Shown here one piece after another: positions 28,227 to 35,860 of a stretch of 48,573 bases of DNA. Position 1 is the first letter of the stretch. Each line of letters begins with the position of its first letter. A model generated the notes under the pieces. That model did no database searches and had not been told where the DNA came from. It worked only from the letters and a program-made list of their open reading frames with translations. Source of the stretch: Candidatus Rokuibacteriota bacterium (GTDB taxonomy: Bacteria > JAUVQV01 > DATDCY01); the NCBI GenBank assembly GCA_031406795.1, contig JANOHV010000007.1:1-48573 (forward strand). Reading direction: 5' to 3'. The translations under genes and the position numbers were made by a program.

Positions 28227-29633
28227 TTACTGCTTGCGGTCCAGATGCAGGAACTCCGCGATCGCCGTCGCCGACGCCGGCAGTTCCACCGGGCGGTTCT
28301 GCAGCTCCTTCTTCGGCTCGATCTCGTATTCGGCGCTCAAGCTCCCCTCGAAGTACTTCTGCTGGAAGTCGGCGAACTTGAGCTGGTGCGCGGTGGAGTC
28401 GACGACGACCCGCATCCCCGGCTCGATCACCTTCGCCCGCAGCGCCGCGGTCAGCCCGGCGACGCCCTCGCCGCCCTGCGTGCAGATCACGTGCCCGTGG
28501 CGGTTGGCGGTGAGCATCGCGTCCATGATCTGTTGTTCGGTGACCTCGACCACGGCGAAACGCTCGCGGAAGTGCTCCTCGACGAGCCGGCGTACTTTCG
28601 GAAAGGAGACCGGGTTGCCGATCATCGCCGCCTGCGCGACGCTCGCGGTCACCCGCACCGGCTCATAGGTGCCGCGCTTCTTCCAGAGGTACACGGGATT
28701 CGCGTGGCGGCTCTGCACCCCGACGAGCAGCGGCAGCCGCCCGATCATCCCGAGGCGCTGCAGGTCGAGGAAGCCTTCCATGACCGCGGTGACGTTGCCG
28801 GCGTTGCCGATCGGCACGACCACGGCCAGGTCATCGGTTCGCCAGCCGGCGTTCATCGCCACCTCGTAGGCATAGGACTTCTGCCCGTTGATGCGCACCG
28901 GGTTCTTGGAGTTGAGCAGGAAGACCTGGTAGTCGCGCGAGAGCTCCTCGACGATGCGCATGCAGTCGTCGAAGACGCCCGGAACCTGGATGACGGTGGC
29001 CCCGCTGCCGAGCGGCTGCGAGAGCTGCTGCGGGGTCACCTTGCCGGCGGGCAGCAGCACGACCGATTTGACCGTCCCCTTGGGGAGGTAGGCGAGATAG
29101 AGCGCTGCGGCGGCCGACGTGTCGCCCGTGGAGGCGCAGATGCCGAGCACGTCGCGCACTCCCCAGCGCTTGATGGCGTGATTGAGGTACGAGATCGCCG
29201 AGGCCATGCCGCGATCCTTGAAGGAAGCCGAGGGGTTGAGCCCGTCGTATTTGATGAAGAAGGGCGCGCCGACCGCCGCGGCGAGATCGGCGTTGGCGGG
29301 TATGACCGGCGTGTGCCCCTCGCCGAGCCAGATGACGTCTTCCGGCGGCACGCAGGGGAGGATCAATTCGTGGAACCGGAAGATCCCTTGCAGCGAGGCG
29401 GGTTCGGCTGCCAGCGCCCGGTAGGCGAAAAGACGCTGCCAGAACTCCCCGCTGCGGCTCTTGAGGGACTCGAAGGCGAGATCGCGCAGCGAAAGCAGGC
29501 CGCCGCAGGCCGGGCAGGTGTAGGCGAAGCGCTCGATCGGGTGGCGGGCGGCGCACGAGACGCATTCGTAAACCACCTCGCCACGGTACGTGGGGGCAAT
29601 GGCGTCGCGGATGTCATCAGGGAAGTCGATCAT
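28227..29633 (-). CDS. thrC: Threonine synthase
   Basis: LGEGHTP, NPSASFKDRGM, CASTGDTSAA, PIGNAGN; start MIDFP after an AGGAGG SD. Confidence 0.93.
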   Translation of the reverse strand: MIDFPDDIRDAIAPTYRGEVVYECVSCAARHPIERFAYTCPACGGLLSLRDLAFESLKSRSGEFWQRLFAYRALAAEPASLQGIFRFHELILPCVPPEDVIWLGEGHTPVIPANADLAAAVGAPFFIKYDGLNPSASFKDRGMASAISYLNHAIKRWGVRDVLGICASTGDTSAAAALYLAYLPKGTVKSVVLLPAGKVTPQQLSQPLGSGATVIQVPGVFDDCMRIVEELSRDYQVFLLNSKNPVRINGQKSYAYEVAMNAGWRTDDLAVVVPIGNAGNVTAVMEGFLDLQRLGMIGRLPLLVGVQSRHANPVYLWKKRGTYEPVRVTASVAQAAMIGNPVSFPKVRRLVEEHFRERFAVVEVTEQQIMDAMLTANRHGHVICTQGGEGVAGLTAALRAKVIEPGMRVVVDSTAHQLKFADFQQKYFEGSLSAEYEIEPKKELQNRPVELPASATAIAEFLHLDRKQ

Positions 29634-29661
29634 CAACGGCTCCTCCTGTCCCAAAGTCCTA

Positions 29662-29715
29662 CGGGGTCCTGTCGCTGCGCACCGCCGGGGGCCCCCGCTT
29701 CGCGCCACCCCTTCG
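29662..29715 (-). repeat. Dispersed structured repeat, copy B
   Basis: Reverse complement matches 20784-20862 without that copy's 25-nt insert. Confidence 0.75.
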
Positions 29716-29791
29716 TCCCGCTCGAGTCGAAAAAGCCGGTCCGATGTGCGCCTTTAAAGAATACCACGAACTTTACCGGGCCGAGTGGCGC

Positions 29792-30334
29792 TCAGGGCTG
29801 CGTCGGAGCCGTCCCCTCCTCGGGGAGCGCGCCGAGGTAGGGGAGATTGCGGTACTGCTCGCGGTTGTCGAGGCCGTAGCCCACCAGGAAGCGGTCGGGA
29901 ACCTCGAAACCGACATATTGGATCGGTAGCTTCGTTAGCCGCCGGACGCGCCGGTCGAGCAGGGTGCAGATGGCGAGGCTGGCCGGCTCGCGCGACTGAA
30001 GATTGCGCACGAGGTAGCCGAGGGTCAGGCCGGTGTCGACGATGTCCTCGATGAACAGGACGTCGCGGCCGGTGATCGGGAGGTCGAGATCCTTCTCGAT
30101 GCGCACTACGCCGCCGCGCTTGCCGGCGCCATAGCGGGTGATCGCCATGAAGTCGAGGTTGATCGGGAGAGTGATAGCGCGCGAGAGATCGGCGAGGAAG
30201 ACGAACGACCCCTTGAGCACGGAGACGAGGACGGGGATGCGGCCGGCGTAATCGCGGGAGATTTCCGCACCCAACTCCCCAACGCGCCGCCTCAGCTCGT
30301 CCTCGCCGATCACCACGGGAATATTTTCGCGCAT
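29792..30334 (-). CDS. hpt: Hypoxanthine phosphoribosyltransferase-like protein (deviant paralog)
   Basis: VLKGSFVFLADL, IEDIVDTGLTL, VGYGLD, YRNLP; but ITRY and LLDR in place of the usual SSY and LLDK. Confidence 0.85.
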   Translation of the reverse strand: MRENIPVVIGEDELRRRVGELGAEISRDYAGRIPVLVSVLKGSFVFLADLSRAITLPINLDFMAITRYGAGKRGGVVRIEKDLDLPITGRDVLFIEDIVDTGLTLGYLVRNLQSREPASLAICTLLDRRVRRLTKLPIQYVGFEVPDRFLVGYGLDNREQYRNLPYLGALPEEGTAPTQP

Positions 30335-30369
30335 GGCGCCTCCGGGGTGGTGCATTTTCCCCGGAAGGC

Positions 30370-30377
30370 ATTATATT
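30370..30377. promoter_or_regulatory. Overlapping divergent -10 elements (hpt / ncRNA copy 1)
   Basis: TATAAT on the minus strand (30375-30370) overlaps TATATT on the plus strand (30372-30377). Confidence 0.55.
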
Positions 30378-30384
30378 GGAAGTG

Positions 30385-30531
30385 GGCCCCGAGAGGTTGG
30401 AACGGCGTGCCCTAGAGGGAACGGGAAGAAGGCTGGCTCCAGAGCTTGAAACAGAGCCTGTGCCAGGAACCAAGCGACCGTTAGGAGATTCCCTCTAGAG
30501 CGGAAGATGCCAAGTACGGTCACTCGGGGCC
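30385..30531 (+). ncRNA. Structured ncRNA, copy 1 (unassigned family, rod-like)
   Basis: Closing stem GGCCCCGAG/CTCGGGGCC, inner stem CTAGAGGGAA/TTCCCTCTAG, conserved apical domain, T-rich 3' flank. Confidence 0.8.
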
Positions 30532-30551
30532 GTACTTTATTTCCTTCTGTC

Positions 30552-30570
30552 GACGCCTCCGGGAGGTGTC
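30552..30570. terminator. GC-rich hairpin between the two ncRNA copies
   Basis: GACGCCTC-CGG-GAGGTGTC. Confidence 0.3.
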
Positions 30571-30638
30571 ACCCCCCTAAGTCGCTTCTGCATGAACCGC
30601 ATGGGCCGAGCGAGTGCTCTCGTCCGACGGTTTTCCTG

Positions 30639-30666
30639 TTGCAAATCCCGTGGAGGATATTAGATT
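30639..30666 (+). promoter_or_regulatory. Sigma70 promoter of ncRNA copy 2
   Basis: TTGCAA-16 nt-TAGATT, ending 7 nt before the RNA stem. Confidence 0.6.
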
Positions 30667-30673
30667 GATATCA

Positions 30674-30819
30674 GGCCCCGAGAGGTTGGAAAGGCGGCAC
30701 TAAAGAGGGGATAAGGGACGGTTGGCTTCAGGGCTTGAAACAGAGCCTGTGCCAGAAGCAACAAAAGCCGTTGGGATGTCCCTCAGGTGCCAGAAAGCCC
30801 GGTACGATCACTCGGGGCC
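30674..30819 (+). ncRNA. Structured ncRNA, copy 2 (paralog of copy 1)
   Basis: Same ends and identical 23-nt core; stems GGCACT/GGTGCC and GAGGG/CCCTC covary with copy 1; followed by TCTTTTCTT. Confidence 0.8.
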
Positions 30820-30848
30820 TCTTTTCTTGTGAGAGCCCTGCGCCCGCG

Positions 30849-31808
30849 CTACTCGAAGCCGAACTTCTGAGCGAGCTTTTTGAAGTCCCGGCCGTAGAAG
30901 ATCAGCAGTTTCTTGTCCGGGTAGCGCTCCCTGAAGAGCCGGACCTTGCGGTTCTTCTTCGTCACGAGGGATTGCTTCATCGTGGTCAGCTCGAGATACG
31001 TGTCCATCTCGGTGAGATAGAAGTCGGGAGAGAAGCTCGACTTGACGCGGCCGTCGGGCCACCACTCGACGGGGAACGTCTCGGGTTCGTACTTCCAGGG
31101 GATGCGATAGAAATCGAGGACTCTCGCGAACTCCGCCTCGCTTTCATTGGCGAAGCGCGTCGGCGTGGGCGACGCCGGGAGGGGGTCGAGGTCGATTTCC
31201 CGAGCCCCCCGTGTCTGGGCGCACGCCCGGATCTCCTCGAAGCCGCCGGAACCGGTCAGGCCGCAGGCCGCGACCGCCTGTTCGATGAGAGCCGCCGCCG
31301 TTTCAACGCCGAGCGTGTCGACGCGCAGCACCAGGTCGTAATGCTCGGCCCGCGTCAGATCCTCGCCGAAGTGCTGCCGCACCAGCCGCCGCCGCGCCTG
31401 TTCCCGGCGCTGGAGTGCCGCGCCGCTGCGCCGGGTCCCCTGCGCCTCGGCTGTCGCGAGGCGGAATTCGAGTGCGGCGCCCAGTCGGACGTGCAGCGCG
31501 CCGGGGCAGCCGCTGAACAGGAACTGTCCGCCGAAGCCCAGCAGTACGATATTCTCCCGAAATGCCAGGTGCCAGATGATGCCTTCGGTGGCAGCGCGAA
31601 CAGCGCGCGCCTCCGCGTCCGGTTGCCCCGGCGAATCGGCGGCTGGAGGTTCGTCGAGGCGGCCGATGGCGGCGAGCAGATCGTAACTGTAGAGCAGTTC
31701 GCGCATCAGCGCGCGGTCGAGCAGGCGGAAGCCCAGGCGGCGAGCGACCTCGGCGGCGACGTCCTCGCCGCGGCAGGCCTCGAGGCGCGAGACGGTTACG
31801 ATCGCCAT
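30849..31808 (-). CDS. Cytidylate-kinase-like domain fused to a PD-(D/E)XK-fold domain
   Basis: N-terminal MAIVTVSR...LHVRL...HYDLVL; C-terminal SEAEFARVLDFYRIPWKYEPETF...FSPDFYL...YLELTT. Confidence 0.8.
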   Translation of the reverse strand: MAIVTVSRLEACRGEDVAAEVARRLGFRLLDRALMRELLYSYDLLAAIGRLDEPPAADSPGQPDAEARAVRAATEGIIWHLAFRENIVLLGFGGQFLFSGCPGALHVRLGAALEFRLATAEAQGTRRSGAALQRREQARRRLVRQHFGEDLTRAEHYDLVLRVDTLGVETAAALIEQAVAACGLTGSGGFEEIRACAQTRGAREIDLDPLPASPTPTRFANESEAEFARVLDFYRIPWKYEPETFPVEWWPDGRVKSSFSPDFYLTEMDTYLELTTMKQSLVTKKNRKVRLFRERYPDKKLLIFYGRDFKKLAQKFGFE

Positions 31809-31968
31809 GGAGAGTCGCGCGGCGGGAAAATGCCCATGGGCGGACTATAGCGGTGAAATCGCCGGCCGCCAAGCCTTCCGCCTCCCAAGTTTCGTCGCCC
31901 GAGCAGATCCGCCGCGTATCATCCGCGGGGAGTTGCGGACGTTGCGCCCAGCGGGTAAAGTAGCGCTC

Positions 31969-32301
31969 ATGGCAGCGCGTCAGCGACTCCGCGACATGAA
32001 GCCGAAGGCTCCCGACAGCCGGCCGGTCTCCGAGATCGTCGGAGAACTCCGGAAGAATCTGCCGGCCTCGGACTATCGCGAGCAGAGCCTGAAGATTCAC
32101 GGGCTGATCTGCGCCAAGTGTGCGCGGGAGTTCGAGCCCAAGGACCGGCATCTGCTGACGGTGCACCACAAGGACGGCAACCACGGGAACAACCCCCAGA
32201 ACGGCTCGAACTGGGAGAATCTCTGCGTCTACTGCCACGACGACGAGCACAGCCGCGGCGGACTCGGCGAGTACTACCGCAAATCCCGGGCAGGCCGCTG
32301 A
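31969..32301 (+). CDS. yajD: YajD-family HNH nuclease
   Basis: YREQSLK...CAKCAREF...LTVHHKDGNH.NNP..GSNWENLCVYCHDDEH; start may be 31996. Confidence 0.85.
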   Translation: MAARQRLRDMKPKAPDSRPVSEIVGELRKNLPASDYREQSLKIHGLICAKCAREFEPKDRHLLTVHHKDGNHGNNPQNGSNWENLCVYCHDDEHSRGGLGEYYRKSRAGR

Positions 32302-32416
32302 AAAGGGCCCATCTGCGGCGTTGGGCTTCGCCCTTCGTCACTGCGGCGTACTGCTCGTACGCCTCATTCCTCAGGACTTGCCCGCCTTGCACCTGGGCCC
32401 TTTTGAGCGGCCTGCC
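32289..32416. mobile_element. MITE/REP-like element with terminal inverted repeats
   Basis: GGCAGGCCGCTGAAAAGGGCCCA...TGGGCCCTTTTGAGCGGCCTGCC; internal hairpin GGCGTAC...GTACGCC. Confidence 0.8.
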
Positions 32417-32425
32417 TGAGGACAG

Positions 32426-33238
32426 ATGAAGGAAATCACCAGTGTGCGGAACGCGGCGCTGCAGCGCTATCGCGCCCTGCGCGACTCGAAAGTGCGGCGT
32501 GAGACCGGCCTCGCCGCTGCCGAGGGCTTCAACCTGCTGCGCGAGGCGCTGCTCTCCGAGGTCGGGCTCGTCCAGGTCTTCCTGAGCGAGCGCGCGCGGG
32601 GCAGGACGGACTTCACGGACATCGCGGCGCGGCTGGAGGCCGGCGAGTCGGCAGGTCACTGGGAGTGCTTCGCGGTCCCCGGGGAGGTGCTCGAGCGTGC
32701 GGCGCACACCGAAAGCCCCCAGGGGGTGCTCGCGTTGTTTCGGCCGCCCGTCTTCGATCTCGAGGATGTGCTCGCCGGAGACGCTCCCGTCCTGCTGCTC
32801 GACCGGATCGCCGACCCCGGCAACCTCGGCCTGATCCTGAGGACCGCGGAGGCCGCCGGCTGCGGCGGCGTCGTTGTCGGCCCGGGGACCGTGGACCCGC
32901 TCAATCCCAAGTGTGTCCGCGCCAGCGCCGGGAGCATTTTTCGCTTGCCGGTTGCGCACGCGGGACTCGAGGCGGCGGCCACGTCCCTGGCGACTCGCGG
33001 CGGGCGTCTTTTCGCGACTTCGCCCCACGGCGGCATCGTGTACACCGAGGCGGACCTCTCCGGACGGGTCGGCCTGCTCCTTGGCCAGGAGGGCGGAGGG
33101 CTCGCGCCGGGACTTCTCGAACAGTTCGAGGGTTTGCGTATCCCCACCGGACGGGTCGAGTCGCTCAATGTCGCCATGGCGGCGGGTGTCCTGCTCTACG
33201 AGGCCCGGCGACAGCGGTTGACCGGGAACCGGCAATAG
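32426..33238 (+). CDS. TrmH/SpoU family RNA methyltransferase
   Basis: DPGNLG.ILRTA, RASAGS, GQEGGGL, ESLNVAMAA. Confidence 0.92.
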   Translation: MKEITSVRNAALQRYRALRDSKVRRETGLAAAEGFNLLREALLSEVGLVQVFLSERARGRTDFTDIAARLEAGESAGHWECFAVPGEVLERAAHTESPQGVLALFRPPVFDLEDVLAGDAPVLLLDRIADPGNLGLILRTAEAAGCGGVVVGPGTVDPLNPKCVRASAGSIFRLPVAHAGLEAAATSLATRGGRLFATSPHGGIVYTEADLSGRVGLLLGQEGGGLAPGLLEQFEGLRIPTGRVESLNVAMAAGVLLYEARRQRLTGNRQ

Positions 33239-33408
33239 GCGTTCCCATCCGGCGGCGTGCCGGGAGCAGGGGGCTGACAGGGTTGTGTTATTTCTCTTTT
33301 TCGCTATCATTATCTGAAAATCGAAGAGTCCTAGCACATTGCAGGAGCATTACCCTCGGGGACGGGCGCCTGTTCGCGTCGGGGTATTGAGACAAGGGAG
33401 GATTTCAC

Positions 33409-33894
33409 ATGGCGAAGGCGAAGAAGGTGACCGCGGCTTCCAAGACCGCAGCTGAAACAAGGACGGCGTCGGCCGGCAAGAAGGCAGCCGTCGCCAAGGC
33501 GGCAAAACCGGCTCCCAAGGCGGCAGCCCCCAAGGCCGCTTCAGCCGTACCGGCGAAAAAGTCCCATGAAATCAAGGCGCTGAAGCCAGGCGGGCTCGAG
33601 AAGAAGTACCTCAAGCAGGGTTCCGTCTGCAGCGTGACGTTCGTCCTGCCCAAGGCCGCGGCCCCCGATGCCGGGTCGGTCTGCATCCTCGGCGAGTTCA
33701 ACAACTGGTCGGTGGACGCGCATCCGCTCGTCAGACGTGAAGAGGGCGACTTCGTGGTCACCCTCGATCTCGAGGCCGGCCGGGCGTATCGTTTCCGGTA
33801 CGTGATCGATGGCTGGAAGTTCGAAAACGACTGGTTTGCCGATCGATACGAGCCCAACCCCTACGGCGGCGAAGATTCTGTAGTTGACGTCTAG
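33409..33894 (+). CDS. CBM48/isoamylase early-set domain protein with Ala/Lys-rich N-terminal tail
   Basis: KKYLK...VTF.LP, GEFNNW, YRFRYVIDG..ENDW.AD.Y.PNPYG. Confidence 0.85.
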   Translation: MAKAKKVTAASKTAAETRTASAGKKAAVAKAAKPAPKAAAPKAASAVPAKKSHEIKALKPGGLEKKYLKQGSVCSVTFVLPKAAAPDAGSVCILGEFNNWSVDAHPLVRREEGDFVVTLDLEAGRAYRFRYVIDGWKFENDWFADRYEPNPYGGEDSVVDV

Positions 33895-34894
33895 CCGATC
33901 GCCGAGCGATCCACCGCAGCGAATCGTCGTCCGCGCGCCCAACTGGCTCGGGGACCTGATGATGGCGACGGGGGTCTTGCGCGCAATCATCGAGCGCTGG
34001 CCGGCCGCGTCGGTCGACCTCATCGTGCGTGCCGGCCACGAGGCGCTCCCGCTGCCGCGCCGCGGCCGGGTGATCCCGTTCGACCCCGGCACGATCTCGG
34101 CCGGGGCCTTCGGCGCCCGCCTGCGGCAGGCCAGGTATGATCGGTTTTATGTTCTGCCGCCGAGTTTCTCGGCGGCGTGGATGGCCTGGCGCAGCGGGGT
34201 TCCGGAGCGTGTCGGCCACCGCGGGCACTTTCGCGCCCGGCTGCTGCGGCGGCCGCTCGCTCCGCGCGCGCCGGCGCGCAGCGTGCATCTCACGCGCGAG
34301 TATCTCGACCTGGTCGATCCGGCGCTCGAGATCGACTGCTATCCGCCCCGGATCGACCTCCCCTCCGGCTGGCCGGCCGAACAGCTGTCGCGGATCTGCC
34401 GCGCGCTGCCGGATCGGTTTGTCGCGATCGCGCCCGGGGCGGTGTACGGCCCGGCCAAGTCCTGGCCCGCGGAACGCTACCGGGAGCTGGCGCGCGAGTT
34501 GCGCGATCGCGCCGGGACACCGGTGGTACTGCTCGGCACGCGCGAGGAACATGCGCTGGCGGAGGAGGTTCGCGGCGACGAGGGGGGGATTCTCAACTGG
34601 TGCGGCACGACCGACCTGCCGGGCCTGGTCGCGGTTCTCTCCCGCGCGGCGCTGCTCGTAAGCAACGACTCGGGCGCGATGCACGTGATGGCCGCGCTCG
34701 GGCGCCCGCAGGTGGCGATCTTCGGTTCGACATCGCCCGTCTGGACCGCCCCGATCAATGCGAAGGCCGTCGTGGTCACGCGCGGTCAGGAATGCGCGCC
34801 CTGCTTCGCGCGCACCTGTCGCTACGGTCACTACGACTGCGTGAGGAAGATTCCCGCCTCCGAAGTGCTGGCAGCCGCACTTGCGCGCCTCTGA
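33884..34894 (+). CDS. waaF: Lipopolysaccharide heptosyltransferase II
   Basis: RAPNWLGDLMM, APGAVYGPAKSWP, SNDSGAMH, CAPCFAR.C. Confidence 0.9.
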   Translation: MTSSRSPSDPPQRIVVRAPNWLGDLMMATGVLRAIIERWPAASVDLIVRAGHEALPLPRRGRVIPFDPGTISAGAFGARLRQARYDRFYVLPPSFSAAWMAWRSGVPERVGHRGHFRARLLRRPLAPRAPARSVHLTREYLDLVDPALEIDCYPPRIDLPSGWPAEQLSRICRALPDRFVAIAPGAVYGPAKSWPAERYRELARELRDRAGTPVVLLGTREEHALAEEVRGDEGGILNWCGTTDLPGLVAVLSRAALLVSNDSGAMHVMAALGRPQVAIFGSTSPVWTAPINAKAVVVTRGQECAPCFARTCRYGHYDCVRKIPASEVLAAALARL

Positions 34895-34903
34895 GGCGGT
34901 CCG

Positions 34904-35506
34904 CTAGCGGGATTTCAGATCGAAGCGCACCGGGAGGCCCGCGGCGTGCGCGCCGGCGATGCGCGCGACGATGTCGTCGACGATTGCCGCCGGCTCGAGC
35001 AGGCCCGTGTCGCAGGTCAGGTCGTAGTCGTTCGGGTCGTCCCACGGCCGCTTGAAGATCGCGCGGATGAAACCGACGCGCTCGCGGTCGATCCGTTCGG
35101 TCAGCGCGCGTACGCTGTCGTGGTCGGCGTGCTCGCGGCGCATGATGCGTTCGATGCGCGCGGCGAGCGGCGCGACGATGCGCACGTGCAGCGTGGTGGG
35201 GACCCCGGCGAGCAGGAACGCTCCGCCGCAGCCGACGATGACGACACGGTCGGCCGCGGCGGCCGCGAGCAGGTGGCGTTGCAGCAGCGCGGCGTACCCG
35301 CGGTACGACCAGTCGAAGCGCTCCCAGACCGACGGCTTGTGCTCGTCGTATTCCGCGCCGAAACGCTCCCATTTCGGGTCCGACGCGCGCAGGCCGGCCA
35401 GCAGGGTGACGCGATCCTCGTAGGCATACCCGAGCCGCGCGGCGACGGCGCGCCCGATTTCGCGCCCGCCGCTGCCGTACTCCCGGGAGATCGTCAGAAT
35501 GGCCAT
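34904..35506 (-). CDS. Cytidylate kinase-like family protein
   Basis: TISREYGSGGREIG, LHVRIVAP, DP.DYDL. Confidence 0.88.
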   Translation of the reverse strand: MAILTISREYGSGGREIGRAVAARLGYAYEDRVTLLAGLRASDPKWERFGAEYDEHKPSVWERFDWSYRGYAALLQRHLLAAAAADRVVIVGCGGAFLLAGVPTTLHVRIVAPLAARIERIMRREHADHDSVRALTERIDRERVGFIRAIFKRPWDDPNDYDLTCDTGLLEPAAIVDDIVARIAGAHAAGLPVRFDLKSR

Positions 35507-35536
35507 GCGGTGCTTACCCCCCCCGTTGTTCCGCGG

Positions 35537-35707
35537 TTAATGGTCGGGTTCGGCGGCATGGTGACGCTCCCGCGGCAGCGAGCGCACCGCCATCGCGATC
35601 ACCACCGCATAGTCGCCGGCGAGAATCAGGTCGATCAGCACGATGCTCGCCAGCGCCGAGAAGAACGCTGCGTCGAAGGTCACGGTGCCGAACATCCCGA
35701 AGCTCAT
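35537..35707 (-). pseudogene. Truncated TerC/YjbE-family membrane protein
   Basis: SIVLIDLILAGDYAVVIAMAVRSLP (family motif DxxLxGDNAVVI); ends after 56 aa. Confidence 0.75.
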
Positions 35708-35860
35708 GCCGCTCTCCCCGATTGTTCCCCCTGGTGTCGCCGGAAGGGCGCTGTTGTCAACCGGGAAGCGGCACCGTACACTCCGGGGCGTGGTTGCAGC
35801 CGATGGTTCCGCGCGGATGATGCACCGGGCCCCTGTCGGGCGCCGGCGAATCCTGACGGC

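Noticed and set aside
29634..29708. N-terminal extension of thrC in the ORF track
   Set aside because: It runs through the dispersed repeat; a strong SD precedes 29633/29636.
30385..30819. CRISPR mini-array, tRNA, SRP or riboswitch reading of the tandem repeat
   Set aside because: The units are about 147 nt and internally paired, with no cas genes, cloverleaf or SRP GGAA/AGCAG motif, and no same-strand gene follows. 6S is not excluded.
31969..32301. YajD HNH as part of the ncRNA system
   Set aside because: It is a widespread standalone family, divergently transcribed, with only adjacency as evidence.
35708..35860. yybP-ykoY riboswitch upstream of the terC remnant
   Set aside because: The characteristic conserved sequence could not be recognised.
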